Of a DNA stretch of 64,000 bases, positions 28,886 through 38,755 are shown piece after piece (within the stretch, counting starts at the first letter, position 1; each line of letters starts with the position of its first letter). A program made the translations under genes and the position numbers. The notes under the pieces were generated by a model that worked only from the letters and a program-made list of their open reading frames with translations, was not told the origin of the DNA and made no database searches. The stretch lies in IMG/VR virus record IMGVR_UViG_3300027759_000045, positions 248,001 through 312,000 of that record. One strand, given 5' to 3'.

Positions 28886-29237
28886 TGCTTTTGCGTTTGC
28901 CTTTTTTCAGTGCAATATCAGCAAGGCTACACACAGGACCGTGTAAGATTTCCAAGTCTTTGTTGGCAAATGTGCGTAGACAAGGACGGAATACATCCCA
29001 GTCTTTCTTTAAGAAGATATTGATGGGAATACTTCTATTGCTCTCCCACCACCAGGCATTGGCCAACTCTAGAAATCTTTGTTTCAGCACAGGGTCGTGT
29101 ATGCTGCCAAAGTCGTATATGGTGGTAACTGACACGTCTTGATTCTGCACAATGCCCACATACTCCGTGGAAGCATATACACACAGTGTAATAAAGGGGT
29201 ATTGTTCGCTGAGTTTAGTAAAGATATCATTGGCCAT
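28860..29237 (-). CDS. Conserved hypothetical protein
   Basis: 125 aa, EYVGIVQN, WWWESNRSIPINIFL; TAAATA on the minus strand upstream. Confidence 0.7.
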   Translation of the reverse strand: MANDIFTKLSEQYPFITLCVYASTEYVGIVQNQDVSVTTIYDFGSIHDPVLKQRFLELANAWWWESNRSIPINIFLKKDWDVFRPCLRTFANKDLEILHGPVCSLADIALKKGKRKSITLVRRMD

Positions 29238-29305
29238 CGGTGGTATTTATACCGTGCATTTTTGGCTAAATTTAAAGGTTATCTTTTGTCGCTAAATACA
29301 TCCAT

Positions 29306-30415
29306 ATGTATTCAACCACTGCTTACCTTTACCAACAAGTAACTCGAGTTATTGTAGTCGACACCAGTGGTGCTTATTTCAATTTGAGGTACAATCCTGT
29401 GTATGCTAAAAAACTAACAATTAACAAAGGTGTTGACAATGTGATCTTGTTTGAGTTCATCAATCAAGACGAAAAGCCTGTGAATATCACAGGCAGCACA
29501 CTGACATTTAGAATAGTTAGCCAAAATGGTGATGCGTTATTGGTTCAAAAAGAAATGGTTGTTATCAATGCACAGTATGGTCGTGCCAAAGTAACACTGA
29601 CCACTGCAGAACTTGACACAGTGCTGGCACAGCCCGCTGCCTACAGCATCATGCGAGCCAGCGGCAATCTAATAGAAGCAGTGTACACAGACGCACAATC
29701 AGGTGCCCGTGCTCCGCTTGACGTAGTAGACAGTGTGTATCCTCAGTACGTGCCCAGTGCCAATTTGACAATTCCCACAACAGAAATCACAGCTCAGGTC
29801 AGTTATGGTGGGTCCAGCAGTAGTGTATACCCCGACTGGGCACTAAATGCCGGCAGCTCAATCAACAACTACAGTCCTTACCAACCAACTGAATTCTACA
29901 GCAGTTTCATAGAACCAGTGGGTGCGGTAACCACAATACAGATGGACTTGCTTGGCTACACAGGTACAATCAAGGCCCAGGCCGCAGAAAACTATCAAAG
30001 TATCTGGTACAATGTTACAGAATCTACACAGTACTATAACAGAACTGAAACCATTTACATGAACGTGATTGGATGGCATCCGTTGTTGCGTTTGTGTTTC
30101 AACAACAGCATATACACCACCGGTACAAATGGTCAAGCAATGGGCAATCCGGGACAGGCCACTGCCACTGTGGCCAATGGCATTGTCACAGGAGTCACTG
30201 TTTCTAATCCAGGGTTTGGTTATTTGGCTCCGCCACTGATTGAGTTCGTGGGCGAAGGCGCAGGTGCTGTGGCCACTGCCAGTATATCAGGCAGTTCAAT
30301 CAGTGGCATTACCTTGATATCCGGTGGTTCCGGATACCGTCCAGTTCCTCCTACCATGCAGTCAGTACAGGTGCTTGTTTCCACCGGACGTGTGGTAAAC
30401 TTGAAGTATCGTTAA
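29306..30415 (+). CDS. Putative virion structural protein (BppU-like N-terminal Ig fold)
   Basis: INKGVDNVILFEFINQD..PVNITG; C-terminal GVTVSNPGFGY and GITLISGGSGY repeats; TAAATA upstream. Confidence 0.55.
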   Translation: MYSTTAYLYQQVTRVIVVDTSGAYFNLRYNPVYAKKLTINKGVDNVILFEFINQDEKPVNITGSTLTFRIVSQNGDALLVQKEMVVINAQYGRAKVTLTTAELDTVLAQPAAYSIMRASGNLIEAVYTDAQSGARAPLDVVDSVYPQYVPSANLTIPTTEITAQVSYGGSSSSVYPDWALNAGSSINNYSPYQPTEFYSSFIEPVGAVTTIQMDLLGYTGTIKAQAAENYQSIWYNVTESTQYYNRTETIYMNVIGWHPLLRLCFNNSIYTTGTNGQAMGNPGQATATVANGIVTGVTVSNPGFGYLAPPLIEFVGEGAGAVATASISGSSISGITLISGGSGYRPVPPTMQSVQVLVSTGRVVNLKYR

Positions 30416-30426
30416 GCCAAAACAAG

Positions 30427-30455
30427 TTGCATTGTCTTAAAAAACATGTTACAAT
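30427..30455 (+). promoter_or_regulatory. sigma70 promoter for primase
   Basis: TTGCAT-17-TACAAT. Confidence 0.65.
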
Positions 30456-30461
30456 AGTAAC

Positions 30462-31430
30462 ATGATCGACGTGTTGGCATTTTTACCAGGCAAAAGAAAA
30501 CAGTCTAGTTCTGGGTGGATTTCCTTCAACGCACCTTGTTGCGTACACACTGGCAACACACCCGATCGTCGTGGACGTGGTGGTATCAAACTGTCTGACC
30601 AGGGCTGGAGTTATCATTGTTTTAACTGTGGCTATACTGCAAGTTTTATTCTTGGACGCAATATCGGATTCAAAGCACGACGCTTGCTGGAATGGATAGG
30701 CGTTCCTGAAAACGATATCAATCAGATCAATCTTGAAAGCATGCGACATCGTAGCATGGAAGGCATGATTGAAGATCGTCAGCGTGTTTGGAATAATCTT
30801 GCACCGATTGAGTTTAACGAAGCAGAGTTGCCGCCATTTGTGGATTTTGTAACACCAGACCGATCTGAGCATTGGGCATATCTCAGGAACAGACATGTGC
30901 CAGAAGACTATCCTGTTATGGTATCGGCCGCAAACCCAACTCGTCCTAGTGTAGTGGTTCCGTTTACATACAACAATCAAGTGGTAGGTAGTACCATACG
31001 TTTCCTGGATGATCGCAATCCACGGTACATTAACGACATGCAGAAGGGCTACGTGTTTGGCATAGATCTACAGCAAGCAGGATGGCAAAATGTAATTGTG
31101 ACAGAAGGTATCTTTGACGCACTCAGTATAAGTGGTGTGGCTGTGATGCACAACGAAATCAGTGATGATCAAGCAAGACTAATACGTAGCCTAGGACGCA
31201 ATGTCGTTGTGGTCCCAGATCAAGACAAGGCAGGCGTGGCATTAATCGATCGTGCTGTGGAACTGGGATGGAGTGTAAGCATTCCGGACTGGCCACCCGG
31301 CGTTAAAGATATCAACGATGCTGTGAAACTCTGGGGCAAGTTGACAACTTTGCTAACTATTATGCAAGCAAAAGAAACCAGTAAGATCAAAATAGAACTA
31401 AGGAAACGACAACTTGTCAAACGAATATAA
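30462..31430 (+). CDS. DNA primase (zinc finger plus TOPRIM)
   Basis: APCC..YHCFNCG, VTEGIFDA, VPDQDKAG, KDIND. Confidence 0.9.
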   Translation: MIDVLAFLPGKRKQSSSGWISFNAPCCVHTGNTPDRRGRGGIKLSDQGWSYHCFNCGYTASFILGRNIGFKARRLLEWIGVPENDINQINLESMRHRSMEGMIEDRQRVWNNLAPIEFNEAELPPFVDFVTPDRSEHWAYLRNRHVPEDYPVMVSAANPTRPSVVVPFTYNNQVVGSTIRFLDDRNPRYINDMQKGYVFGIDLQQAGWQNVIVTEGIFDALSISGVAVMHNEISDDQARLIRSLGRNVVVVPDQDKAGVALIDRAVELGWSVSIPDWPPGVKDINDAVKLWGKLTTLLTIMQAKETSKIKIELRKRQLVKRI

Positions 31431-32514
31431 CAACTGGTGTCCGGAAGTTTATCGTAGTTTATATGTTGACCGGCATAATGACAATCAACTTCAAGTTGCA
31501 CCTTGTTGTCAGGCAACTATACAAACAGTGCCAGTTGAAAATTTTAATTTTAATACAAACGAGTACTTGCAGTCAATTAGGCAACAATTTGCAGATGGAA
31601 AAAAGCCACTGGCCTGTTCGAGATGCTGGCAAGATGAAAATGCTGGCAAGAAAAGTAGAAGATTAAGTGCTATAGAATTTTTTGAACTGCCAACTGAATC
31701 CGACACAGTGATATTAGAAAGTGTTGATCACAGTGCAACATGGGCATGTAATTTAGGTTGCATCATGTGTGGCCCACAGAACTCTAGCACATGGGCGACA
31801 GAACTTAATATATCACAAAAATCGTTATCGGCAATGGGTAGAAAATTTCAAAAGCAAAATAAGTTATTTGATTATTTAGATCTAACTAATGTTAAAAAAA
31901 TACATTTTAACGGCGGCGAGCCAATGCTTAACAATGATCAATTTAATATACTAAAGAGTATTGATTTATCAAATGCTTTTGTGAGTTATAACACAAACGG
32001 AACGGTGTATCCTAGTCTAGACATAATTAATTTGTGGGAAAAAACAAAATTAGTAAAATTGTTCTTTAGTGTAGACGCAACTGATACAGCATTTGAGTAT
32101 GTCAGACACCCTGGAAAATGGGATACGTTAGTTAATAATATCAACCGTATGCGTAAAGAATTACCTGGAAATATCATGTTTGGGTTTAACGTAACTGTGG
32201 GAAATTATAATGTACTTGAAATGCCACTGGTATATGAATGGTTTATGGAAAATTTATCTACAAATAGAGAAGGCGATAGTAGTGACTTTTGTTGGCAACT
32301 CGCATATAATTATAATGTAACTGATCTTTTGCCAAATATAAAACAGGAAGCAATGTCTGCACTGTCCTCAATTGATCAGTTTAGTGGACTTGTAAAAATT
32401 TTAAAATCTACAATGAATAGTCACAATGATAATTGGATACAAGGGTTGAATCAAATTGATCAGAGAAGAAACACAAGTTGGAAAAAAAGTTTGCAAATTG
32501 GAAAGTACTATTAA
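31414..32514 (+). CDS. Radical SAM protein with N-terminal twitch domain
   Basis: WCPEV..APCC, CSRCWQDE..SRR; CNLGCIMC..SSTW; GGEPML; TTG start. Confidence 0.88.
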   Translation: MSNEYNNWCPEVYRSLYVDRHNDNQLQVAPCCQATIQTVPVENFNFNTNEYLQSIRQQFADGKKPLACSRCWQDENAGKKSRRLSAIEFFELPTESDTVILESVDHSATWACNLGCIMCGPQNSSTWATELNISQKSLSAMGRKFQKQNKLFDYLDLTNVKKIHFNGGEPMLNNDQFNILKSIDLSNAFVSYNTNGTVYPSLDIINLWEKTKLVKLFFSVDATDTAFEYVRHPGKWDTLVNNINRMRKELPGNIMFGFNVTVGNYNVLEMPLVYEWFMENLSTNREGDSSDFCWQLAYNYNVTDLLPNIKQEAMSALSSIDQFSGLVKILKSTMNSHNDNWIQGLNQIDQRRNTSWKKSLQIGKYY

Positions 32515-32517
32515 ACA

Positions 32518-33957
32518 ATGTTAAAAGATTATGGATTAGAAGTCCAGAGATTATTCTTAGAAATGATGTTGGAAGACGCCAGCAGTTATGTGCGTGTTCA
32601 AAACATTTATAATCCACAAAACTTTGACCGGAGCCTGCAGCCGGCGGCTGAGTTCATTAAAGAGCACACGGACAAGCATAAAACTATGCCTGACAAGTTG
32701 CAGATTAGTGCAACTACAGGAATCAAACTGCAACCTGTGCCAGATTTGAACGAAGGACACTTTGATTGGTTCATGACCGAGTTTGAAGGCTTTACCAAGC
32801 GTCAAGAACTTGAACGTGCTATTCTTAAAAGTGCAGACTTGTTAGAAAAGGGAGAGTTTGAGCCAGTTGAGAAACTGATCAAAGACGCAGTACAGATATC
32901 TCTTACAAAAGACATGGGCACAGATTACTTTGCTGATCCTGCGAGTCGTATCAACCGATACTTTAACTCAGGCGGCCAAGTAAGCACAGGATGGCCACAA
33001 CTAGACCGGCTGTTGTATGGTGGATTCAGTCGTGGTGAACTGAACATCTTTGCAGGCGGATCTGGTTCGGGTAAAAGTTTAGTAATGATGAACATTGCGT
33101 TGAACTGGCTACAGCAAGGACTTAGTGGTGTGTACGTTACACTAGAACTCAGTGAAGAACTTACCAGTTTACGTACAGATGCTATGTTGACCAATATGTC
33201 AACAAAGGATATCCGTAAAGACATTGACACAACTGAACTCAAAGTTAAACTAGTTGCTAAGAAGTCTGGCCAGTATCGTGTTAAGGCATTACCGGCGCAA
33301 AGCAACATTAACGACATCCGTAGTTATATCAAAGAAGTACAGATCCAAACAGGGATCCGAGTAGACTTCCTGATGATTGACTATTTGGACTTGCTAATGC
33401 CAGTTAGTGCTAAAGTTAGCCCCAACGACTTGTTTGTTAAAGACAAGTATGTTTCAGAAGAACTGCGTAACTTAGCCAAGGAACTGGGTGTGCTGATGGT
33501 TACTGCATCGCAGTTAAATCGTAGTGCTGTTGAAGAGATTGAATTTGACCACAGTCATATTTCAGGCGGTATCAGTAAAATTAACACAGCAGATAATGTG
33601 TTTGGTATCTTTACTTCACGTGCTATGAAAGAACGTGGCAAGTATCAGATCCAGTGTATGAAATCTCGAAGCTCGACCGGCGTTGGTCAAAAAATTGATT
33701 TGGAGTATAACATTGAAACTATGCGCATTACTGATGAAGGTGGGGACGAAGGGACAGGGTACAACCGACCCCAAAGTTCACTTATGGACTCAATCAAAGC
33801 AAAAAGCCAACTCAAGTCTGCTGACACCACAGAAGACAAATCCCCACCGTGGGAAAAAGCCACAGGAACTCCTGCTTGGGAACAGCCAGCAAAAGTAACA
33901 GGCGATGTGCAAAGTGCTAAATTAAAACAACTGCTCGGTCAGATTAAAAATACTTAA
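32518..33957 (+). CDS. gp41: Replicative DnaB-like helicase (gp41)
   Basis: GGSGSGKS, VTLEL, IDYLDL, TASQLNR, MKSRSS. Confidence 0.93.
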   Translation: MLKDYGLEVQRLFLEMMLEDASSYVRVQNIYNPQNFDRSLQPAAEFIKEHTDKHKTMPDKLQISATTGIKLQPVPDLNEGHFDWFMTEFEGFTKRQELERAILKSADLLEKGEFEPVEKLIKDAVQISLTKDMGTDYFADPASRINRYFNSGGQVSTGWPQLDRLLYGGFSRGELNIFAGGSGSGKSLVMMNIALNWLQQGLSGVYVTLELSEELTSLRTDAMLTNMSTKDIRKDIDTTELKVKLVAKKSGQYRVKALPAQSNINDIRSYIKEVQIQTGIRVDFLMIDYLDLLMPVSAKVSPNDLFVKDKYVSEELRNLAKELGVLMVTASQLNRSAVEEIEFDHSHISGGISKINTADNVFGIFTSRAMKERGKYQIQCMKSRSSTGVGQKIDLEYNIETMRITDEGGDEGTGYNRPQSSLMDSIKAKSQLKSADTTEDKSPPWEKATGTPAWEQPAKVTGDVQSAKLKQLLGQIKNT

Positions 33958-33961
33958 GATA

Positions 33962-35035
33962 TTAACATTCTATTAGCATATTATGTAATTCAGGCAAATA
34001 ATCTTTCATCTGAATTTTTTTAGATGTATCTTGTATTTTAATTTGTTCAAGCATCATTTGAAAATTTTGTTGATCTTGGTTGGTGTGTATTGGTCCTAAG
34101 AAAGTATTATAATCAACTGCAGATAATTGACTTTTTAATAATTTCTTAATTGATTCTGACAGTGCTCTAGGCTGTAACCAACTTGGATTATATACCGGGC
34201 TTACCGAGTACACTATATTATTTTCATTAAACCATTTGATGGTTTTGTTATGATATAAAATATTTAAATTGCTCAATGTGTAATTTGAACTAATATTGTC
34301 AGTTAATTCTCGAAAAAATGTTAGATTGTTAGTAAGATCTGTCCAGTCAAGTGGATATCTCATGTATTCAAATACAGATTCTATTCCGTCGATGCTGACA
34401 GAAAAATTAAGATTCTTAAATTTTGATAAGACTTGTTTTTGCCTGGAAGTTAATTCTACACTGCCGTTAGTTACTATACTCAAAAATACTTCAGTATTTC
34501 CCAATTCAACAAGATATTTTAATAACTCAAAATTTTTCTTTTCATACAAAGGTTCACCGCCGATTAGACTTAATATTTTAAGTTCTTTAAAATTAACTTT
34601 TTCTTTTATCTTGTCTATATCAACAAATTTATTTGAGTTTGGCGGAATATCTAAATCAATGCGCTTGGCCAACTGTGCCCAACTGCTACTACAGTTAGGG
34701 CTACAGCTTATACAAGTTGCATTACAAGTATTACTGGTAAACAATTTGAGAATTAAGATATCATTTAATTTGCCGTTGGTTGCATCTTGTTTTATAGATT
34801 CTAGATCCCTATCCCAATAAAAATCTAATGCACTATTTTTTACTTGTCGATCACTTTTTGATCCATATTCTTCAAGATTCCAACATTTTTGACACGCCGA
34901 ACTTTTAACTCCTGATAACAAGTCTGATTTAATTTGATCAATGTTGTAATTTCGAGGTAGTAAACAGCAATGTGTTTCTTGGCCATTCCAAACTACTTCT
35001 TTTCCTACCCAGGGTAAAACACAAAATGTATCCAT
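33962..35035 (-). CDS. Radical SAM protein with N-terminal twitch domain
   Basis: FCVLPW..THCC, CQKCW..E..SDR; CNATCISC..SSSW; GGEPLY; very AT-rich. Confidence 0.88.
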   Translation of the reverse strand: MDTFCVLPWVGKEVVWNGQETHCCLLPRNYNIDQIKSDLLSGVKSSACQKCWNLEEYGSKSDRQVKNSALDFYWDRDLESIKQDATNGKLNDILILKLFTSNTCNATCISCSPNCSSSWAQLAKRIDLDIPPNSNKFVDIDKIKEKVNFKELKILSLIGGEPLYEKKNFELLKYLVELGNTEVFLSIVTNGSVELTSRQKQVLSKFKNLNFSVSIDGIESVFEYMRYPLDWTDLTNNLTFFRELTDNISSNYTLSNLNILYHNKTIKWFNENNIVYSVSPVYNPSWLQPRALSESIKKLLKSQLSAVDYNTFLGPIHTNQDQQNFQMMLEQIKIQDTSKKIQMKDYLPELHNMLIEC

Positions 35036-35097
35036 CTTTTATTTAAGTATAATGTATGTTAGAATCAAATAAATAACACAAAGGGTTCGGGACCAAA

Positions 35098-35346
35098 ATG
35101 CAGAAGAAAACTCGTAGTTTATTAGAAGAATTAGACAGCATGTATGTGGAGCGCGACTCCCGCTATGTTATCGAAAATCGTGCTGGTAACATCATAGCCA
35201 GTGCTATACGCCTGCTAGAGCAGATTGACTCCAGTTATGAGCCCGAGGTGGCTAAAAATTTGCAACGAAAGTTGATCAATGCTATCAACCTACGCGACCC
35301 TGGCAAATTTACAAGAACCGTGAGAAAAACTGATGCAAATTCATGA
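35098..35346 (+). CDS. Small hypothetical late protein
   Basis: 82 aa; TAAATA at 35070-35075. Confidence 0.7.
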   Translation: MQKKTRSLLEELDSMYVERDSRYVIENRAGNIIASAIRLLEQIDSSYEPEVAKNLQRKLINAINLRDPGKFTRTVRKTDANS

Positions 35347-36820
35347 GTTAAATCGTCCACGTCGCACTGACGAAGGTGTTTGGGATGTGGTAAAAGGTGT
35401 TGGCAAAGCTGCCGCTACTGGACTCGCCCAAGCTGTATCTCCTGGAGCAGGAACAACGCAAGACTTCAGGGCATCAAGTGCAGGTATCCTTGATCCTGTA
35501 AAAAAATTAGCCGCTGTAAAGGCAAATTCAGCAATGGTCAAACTGGCAACAGAGTATGCTGATGCATGGTTAACAGATAAAAGATCACAAGTGTCGGCAG
35601 CTCCTGCACCTGCTCCTGCTCCTGCACCTGCGGCAGCTCCTGCTCCTGCACCTGCGGCTGGTAAATTAACTCCAGCACAACAAAATGCATTGAAAGACAA
35701 ATTGAAAGGGCAACGAGGCGCTGGCAAAACAACTGCCACCCAGACCGGCTCGGGATTCAAAGACTATGTTAGCGGAAGTCAAAACAAGTTAATTACCAAT
35801 CCAGATGGTAGTACTTCAATGAAGAAACTACAGCGTGAATCAAACTATTATAATTTTGATTACATCTTAGAAAGCATTATTAACATCAACGAAAAAGCCG
35901 CAGTGGCCAATCAGCCTGTTACCAAACCAGCACCTGCCACTGGCAACGCTCAAGGATTCAATTACAACAACGTGATGAAGATGCCGGGCATGGAAAAATA
36001 TGCCACACCTGCAGGTCAGCCAAAGCCAGGACAGCCACCTGCAGGTCAGCCAAAGCCAGGGCAACCACCTGCAGGGCAACCCGATACTGACGCACAACCA
36101 CCTGCAGGGCAACCAACGCCAGGGCAACCACCTGCTGGACAAGCACAACCACCTGCTGATGCAGGTGCCGGAGCAATGGGTGCTATGGCAGGACAACTAG
36201 CCAAAGGTGGAGCAGCAGGACCAAACACAATGGCTAATGCTCCAGTAAGCAAAACAAATAAAGCCAAGCCTGGAAATCCAAATGCCGGACAAGCACAACC
36301 ACCTGACAATCCTGAATATATTAAAAACTTCTTAGAGTTTGCCAATGAAAAAGTTGCCATGCGCGATTCAGCCACGTACAAAATGCTTGGATTAACAGAC
36401 GCTGAAGGATCTGAATTAGGGCCAGAGTTAGATGATGCCAAGCAAGCAGTTATTGATGCCCAGGGCAATCCTGCCAACACTAAAACAGCAGTTAAAAATT
36501 ATATTTTAACTGCTATGGCCGCACTACAACTGGTGACATCACAAAATTCTGTGAAGGCCGCATCACCCGAAGCACCTGCATATGGACAGCAACCACCACC
36601 GGCAGCCGGCACCACTGGAGCAGCCGCTGGCACTGCACCGGCTACAGGTCAATTGACAGGAGCCAGTGCAGTGAAATTGTTAAACGATGCCGGGTTGACT
36701 GCTCAAATTTTAACCACAGCCGGGAAAAAAATTCAGGCCGCCACCGGCAACAAAAAACTATCTACCTCAGGTGATTCGGTGATTGACACCATGCTACAAG
36801 GTATGGGATACACTGTATGA
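35333..36820 (+). CDS. Low-complexity Ala/Pro/Gly/Gln-rich putative internal head protein
   Basis: MQIHEL start, (AP)n tract, PAGQPKPGQP repeats, ILES and INEK motifs. Confidence 0.55.
   Translation: MQIHELNRPRRTDEGVWDVVKGVGKAAATGLAQAVSPGAGTTQDFRASSAGILDPVKKLAAVKANSAMVKLATEYADAWLTDKRSQVSAAPAPAPAPAPAAAPAPAPAAGKLTPAQQNALKDKLKGQRGAGKTTATQTGSGFKDYVSGSQNKLITNPDGSTSMKKLQRESNYYNFDYILESIININEKAAVANQPVTKPAPATGNAQGFNYNNVMKMPGMEKYATPAGQPKPGQPPAGQPKPGQPPAGQPDTDAQPPAGQPTPGQPPAGQAQPPADAGAGAMGAMAGQLAKGGAAGPNTMANAPVSKTNKAKPGNPNAGQAQPPDNPEYIKNFLEFANEKVAMRDSATYKMLGLTDAEGSELGPELDDAKQAVIDAQGNPANTKTAVKNYILTAMAALQLVTSQNSVKAASPEAPAYGQQPPPAAGTTGAAAGTAPATGQLTGASAVKLLNDAGLTAQILTTAGKKIQAATGNKKLSTSGDSVIDTMLQGMGYTV
35597..35659 (+). 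repeat. Coding microsatellite-like (GCWCCT)n tract encoding (AP)n
   Basis: gctcctgcacctgctcctgctcctgcacctgcggcagctcctgctcctgcacct. Confidence 0.8.
36005..36160 (+). repeat. Coding 30-bp/15-bp tandem repeat encoding PAGQPKPGQP
   Basis: cctgcaggtcagccaaagccagg exact at 36008 and 36038, then degenerate copies. Confidence 0.85.
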
Positions 36821-38685
36821 TATTAAAAGAAGGCGGCAATGTTTTTAAAGACGCAAATGGCCGTATACTAACACAGCGCATTAACCAAGCAGACGTTGCT
36901 CCCACACTCGCCTGGCTTGACCAAATGTTACCGGGCCTGGATCTACAAGACAATACATTAGGCTCCACAGGTAGAAAACCCACGTCGGGCGATTTGGATC
37001 TGGCAGTGGATGCCAATCAAGTCAGCAAAGAACAGTTGGTTACACGGCTGACACAATGGTGTCAAAGCCATGGTTTCAAACCAGAAGACTACATTAAAAA
37101 GTCCGGCATTTCTGTACACTTTAAAACGCCCATCACTGGTAACCCCAATTCAGGTTATGTGCAAACAGACTTTATGTTCTTGACTAATTTACCTTTTTCT
37201 AAATTTGTACTAAGTGCGCCTGCAGACAGTGCGTATCGTGGGCAAGACCGTAATGTGTTGATGAACAGCATTGCCAAAAGCATGGGTTACAAACTAAATC
37301 AAACTGCAGGCATTGCTGACCGTGCCACCAACAAGGTTATCACGGATGACCCGGATAAGATTGCTCGACTGTTGTTGAATAAACAAGCAACTCGAGCAGA
37401 CTTGAACAGTGTAGAAACCATTGTGGCCGCACTGGAAAATGATCCCAAGCGTGATGCCAAGCTGGCAGATGCACGTGAACACTTTGCCAAGATTGGCGTT
37501 CCTTTCATGGAAAGTGAAGAACCCTTATATAAAGAATACAACGAAGTGAACTTCTTGGCTCGACTGCGTGATCGCATTGTGAATCAAGGCATGTCAGTGA
37601 TTGTGGAAGGCGCCAAGGATGCACGTATTGAACACCTGGAAGATCTAGTGTTTGAAAAAGGCACACGTGGTATTCGTGATGCAGTTGAAATCATGCGCCA
37701 CGCCGCAGAAGACACACGCGGTACTACCACAGTGAAGTGGGATGGCAAGCCTGCTATCATATTTGGCCGCAAGCCAGATGGCACGTTTGTGCTCACAGAC
37801 AAAAGTGGATTTGGCGCCAAAGGATATGACGGCTTGGCCACATCTCCGGATCATATTGCTAGAATGATGGCCATGCGGTCGGGAGATCGTACAGAGTTAA
37901 TTGGGCTTTATCAAAAGTTGTTTCCATTGTTACGTGCTGCCACCCCAGACAACATGCGTGGGTTTGTACAGGGTGATTTACTGTACACCAACACACCTCC
38001 TGAACAGGCCGGCGCTTATGTGTTCCAGCCAAATTTTGTTGAATACAAGATACCTGCCAGCAGTAAACTGGGACAACGCATTGGCCGCAGTGAAGTGGGC
38101 GTGGCTGTACACACACGATATCGTGATGTTGATGCCGCTCCTGAAGCAATCAAACAGGTCACACTGAATGAAGTTCCGGGACTGTTGCTGATTGAGCCCA
38201 GTGTCAAAGACATTCGCAACGTTGAATTAAACAGTGGCCTAGTTAAACAGCTGAGTCAAATTGTGTCCACACAAGGCACTGCCATTGACAGTTTGTTCAA
38301 CCCTGCTGACCTACGTGCTGCCGGCATTACTGATTTGCCACAGTTGTGCAAACGCTACATCAACTCTAGAATTACCAGCAACTACGACAACTTGCTGAAC
38401 GGCTTTGGAGACTGGCTAAAAACCAATGTAACACCACGCAAGTTCAACAACATTGTGGAATATCTGCAAAGTCCACGCACAAACATGGCGGGCATCACTT
38501 CGGCATTCACTGCATTCCTGTTGTTGCACGACATCAAAACAGACATGCTAGGGCAGTTAGATCGCCAACAGCCCGGGCAAGAAGGCTGGGTACTGGCCAC
38601 CCCTGCAGGCCGTGCCAAACTGGTAAATCGCTTTGGATTCAGTGCCGGAAATCGTGCCCTAAACAATCCAGATCAAACAGCCTAA
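36817..38685 (+). CDS. Fusion of pol-beta-type nucleotidyltransferase and RNA-ligase-like domain
   Basis: LGSTG..SGDLDLAVD..VQTDFM; TVKWDGKP, QGDLLY, QEGWV, KLVNRFGFS. Confidence 0.65.
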   Translation: MILKEGGNVFKDANGRILTQRINQADVAPTLAWLDQMLPGLDLQDNTLGSTGRKPTSGDLDLAVDANQVSKEQLVTRLTQWCQSHGFKPEDYIKKSGISVHFKTPITGNPNSGYVQTDFMFLTNLPFSKFVLSAPADSAYRGQDRNVLMNSIAKSMGYKLNQTAGIADRATNKVITDDPDKIARLLLNKQATRADLNSVETIVAALENDPKRDAKLADAREHFAKIGVPFMESEEPLYKEYNEVNFLARLRDRIVNQGMSVIVEGAKDARIEHLEDLVFEKGTRGIRDAVEIMRHAAEDTRGTTTVKWDGKPAIIFGRKPDGTFVLTDKSGFGAKGYDGLATSPDHIARMMAMRSGDRTELIGLYQKLFPLLRAATPDNMRGFVQGDLLYTNTPPEQAGAYVFQPNFVEYKIPASSKLGQRIGRSEVGVAVHTRYRDVDAAPEAIKQVTLNEVPGLLLIEPSVKDIRNVELNSGLVKQLSQIVSTQGTAIDSLFNPADLRAAGITDLPQLCKRYINSRITSNYDNLLNGFGDWLKTNVTPRKFNNIVEYLQSPRTNMAGITSAFTAFLLLHDIKTDMLGQLDRQQPGQEGWVLATPAGRAKLVNRFGFSAGNRALNNPDQTA

Positions 38686-38706
38686 ACCTGATTTTTTGTC
38701 AACTTG

Positions 38707-38714
38707 TATAAATA
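38707..38714 (+). promoter_or_regulatory. T4-late-like promoter TATAAATA (representative of many TAAATA boxes)
   Basis: TAAATA also just upstream of genes at 62, 911, 4367, 6436, 12855, 18939, 19672, 29293, 35070, 39225, 39907, 41895, 46920, 53153, 60690. Confidence 0.75.
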
Positions 38715-38755
38715 ATTGCAGGTCCAACGTGACCATATACTAAGGAGATTTAAAA

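Noticed and set aside
36008-36110. Clustered CCTGCAGG palindromes as binding or restriction sites
   Set aside because: A by-product of Pro-Ala-Gly codons in the coding repeat
35341-36480. Long antisense ORFs (35341-35760, 35867-36196, 36046-36480) and similar shadows such as 5504-5914 and 20972-21621
   Set aside because: Antisense shadows of low-complexity or codon-biased real genes, with no RBS or motifs
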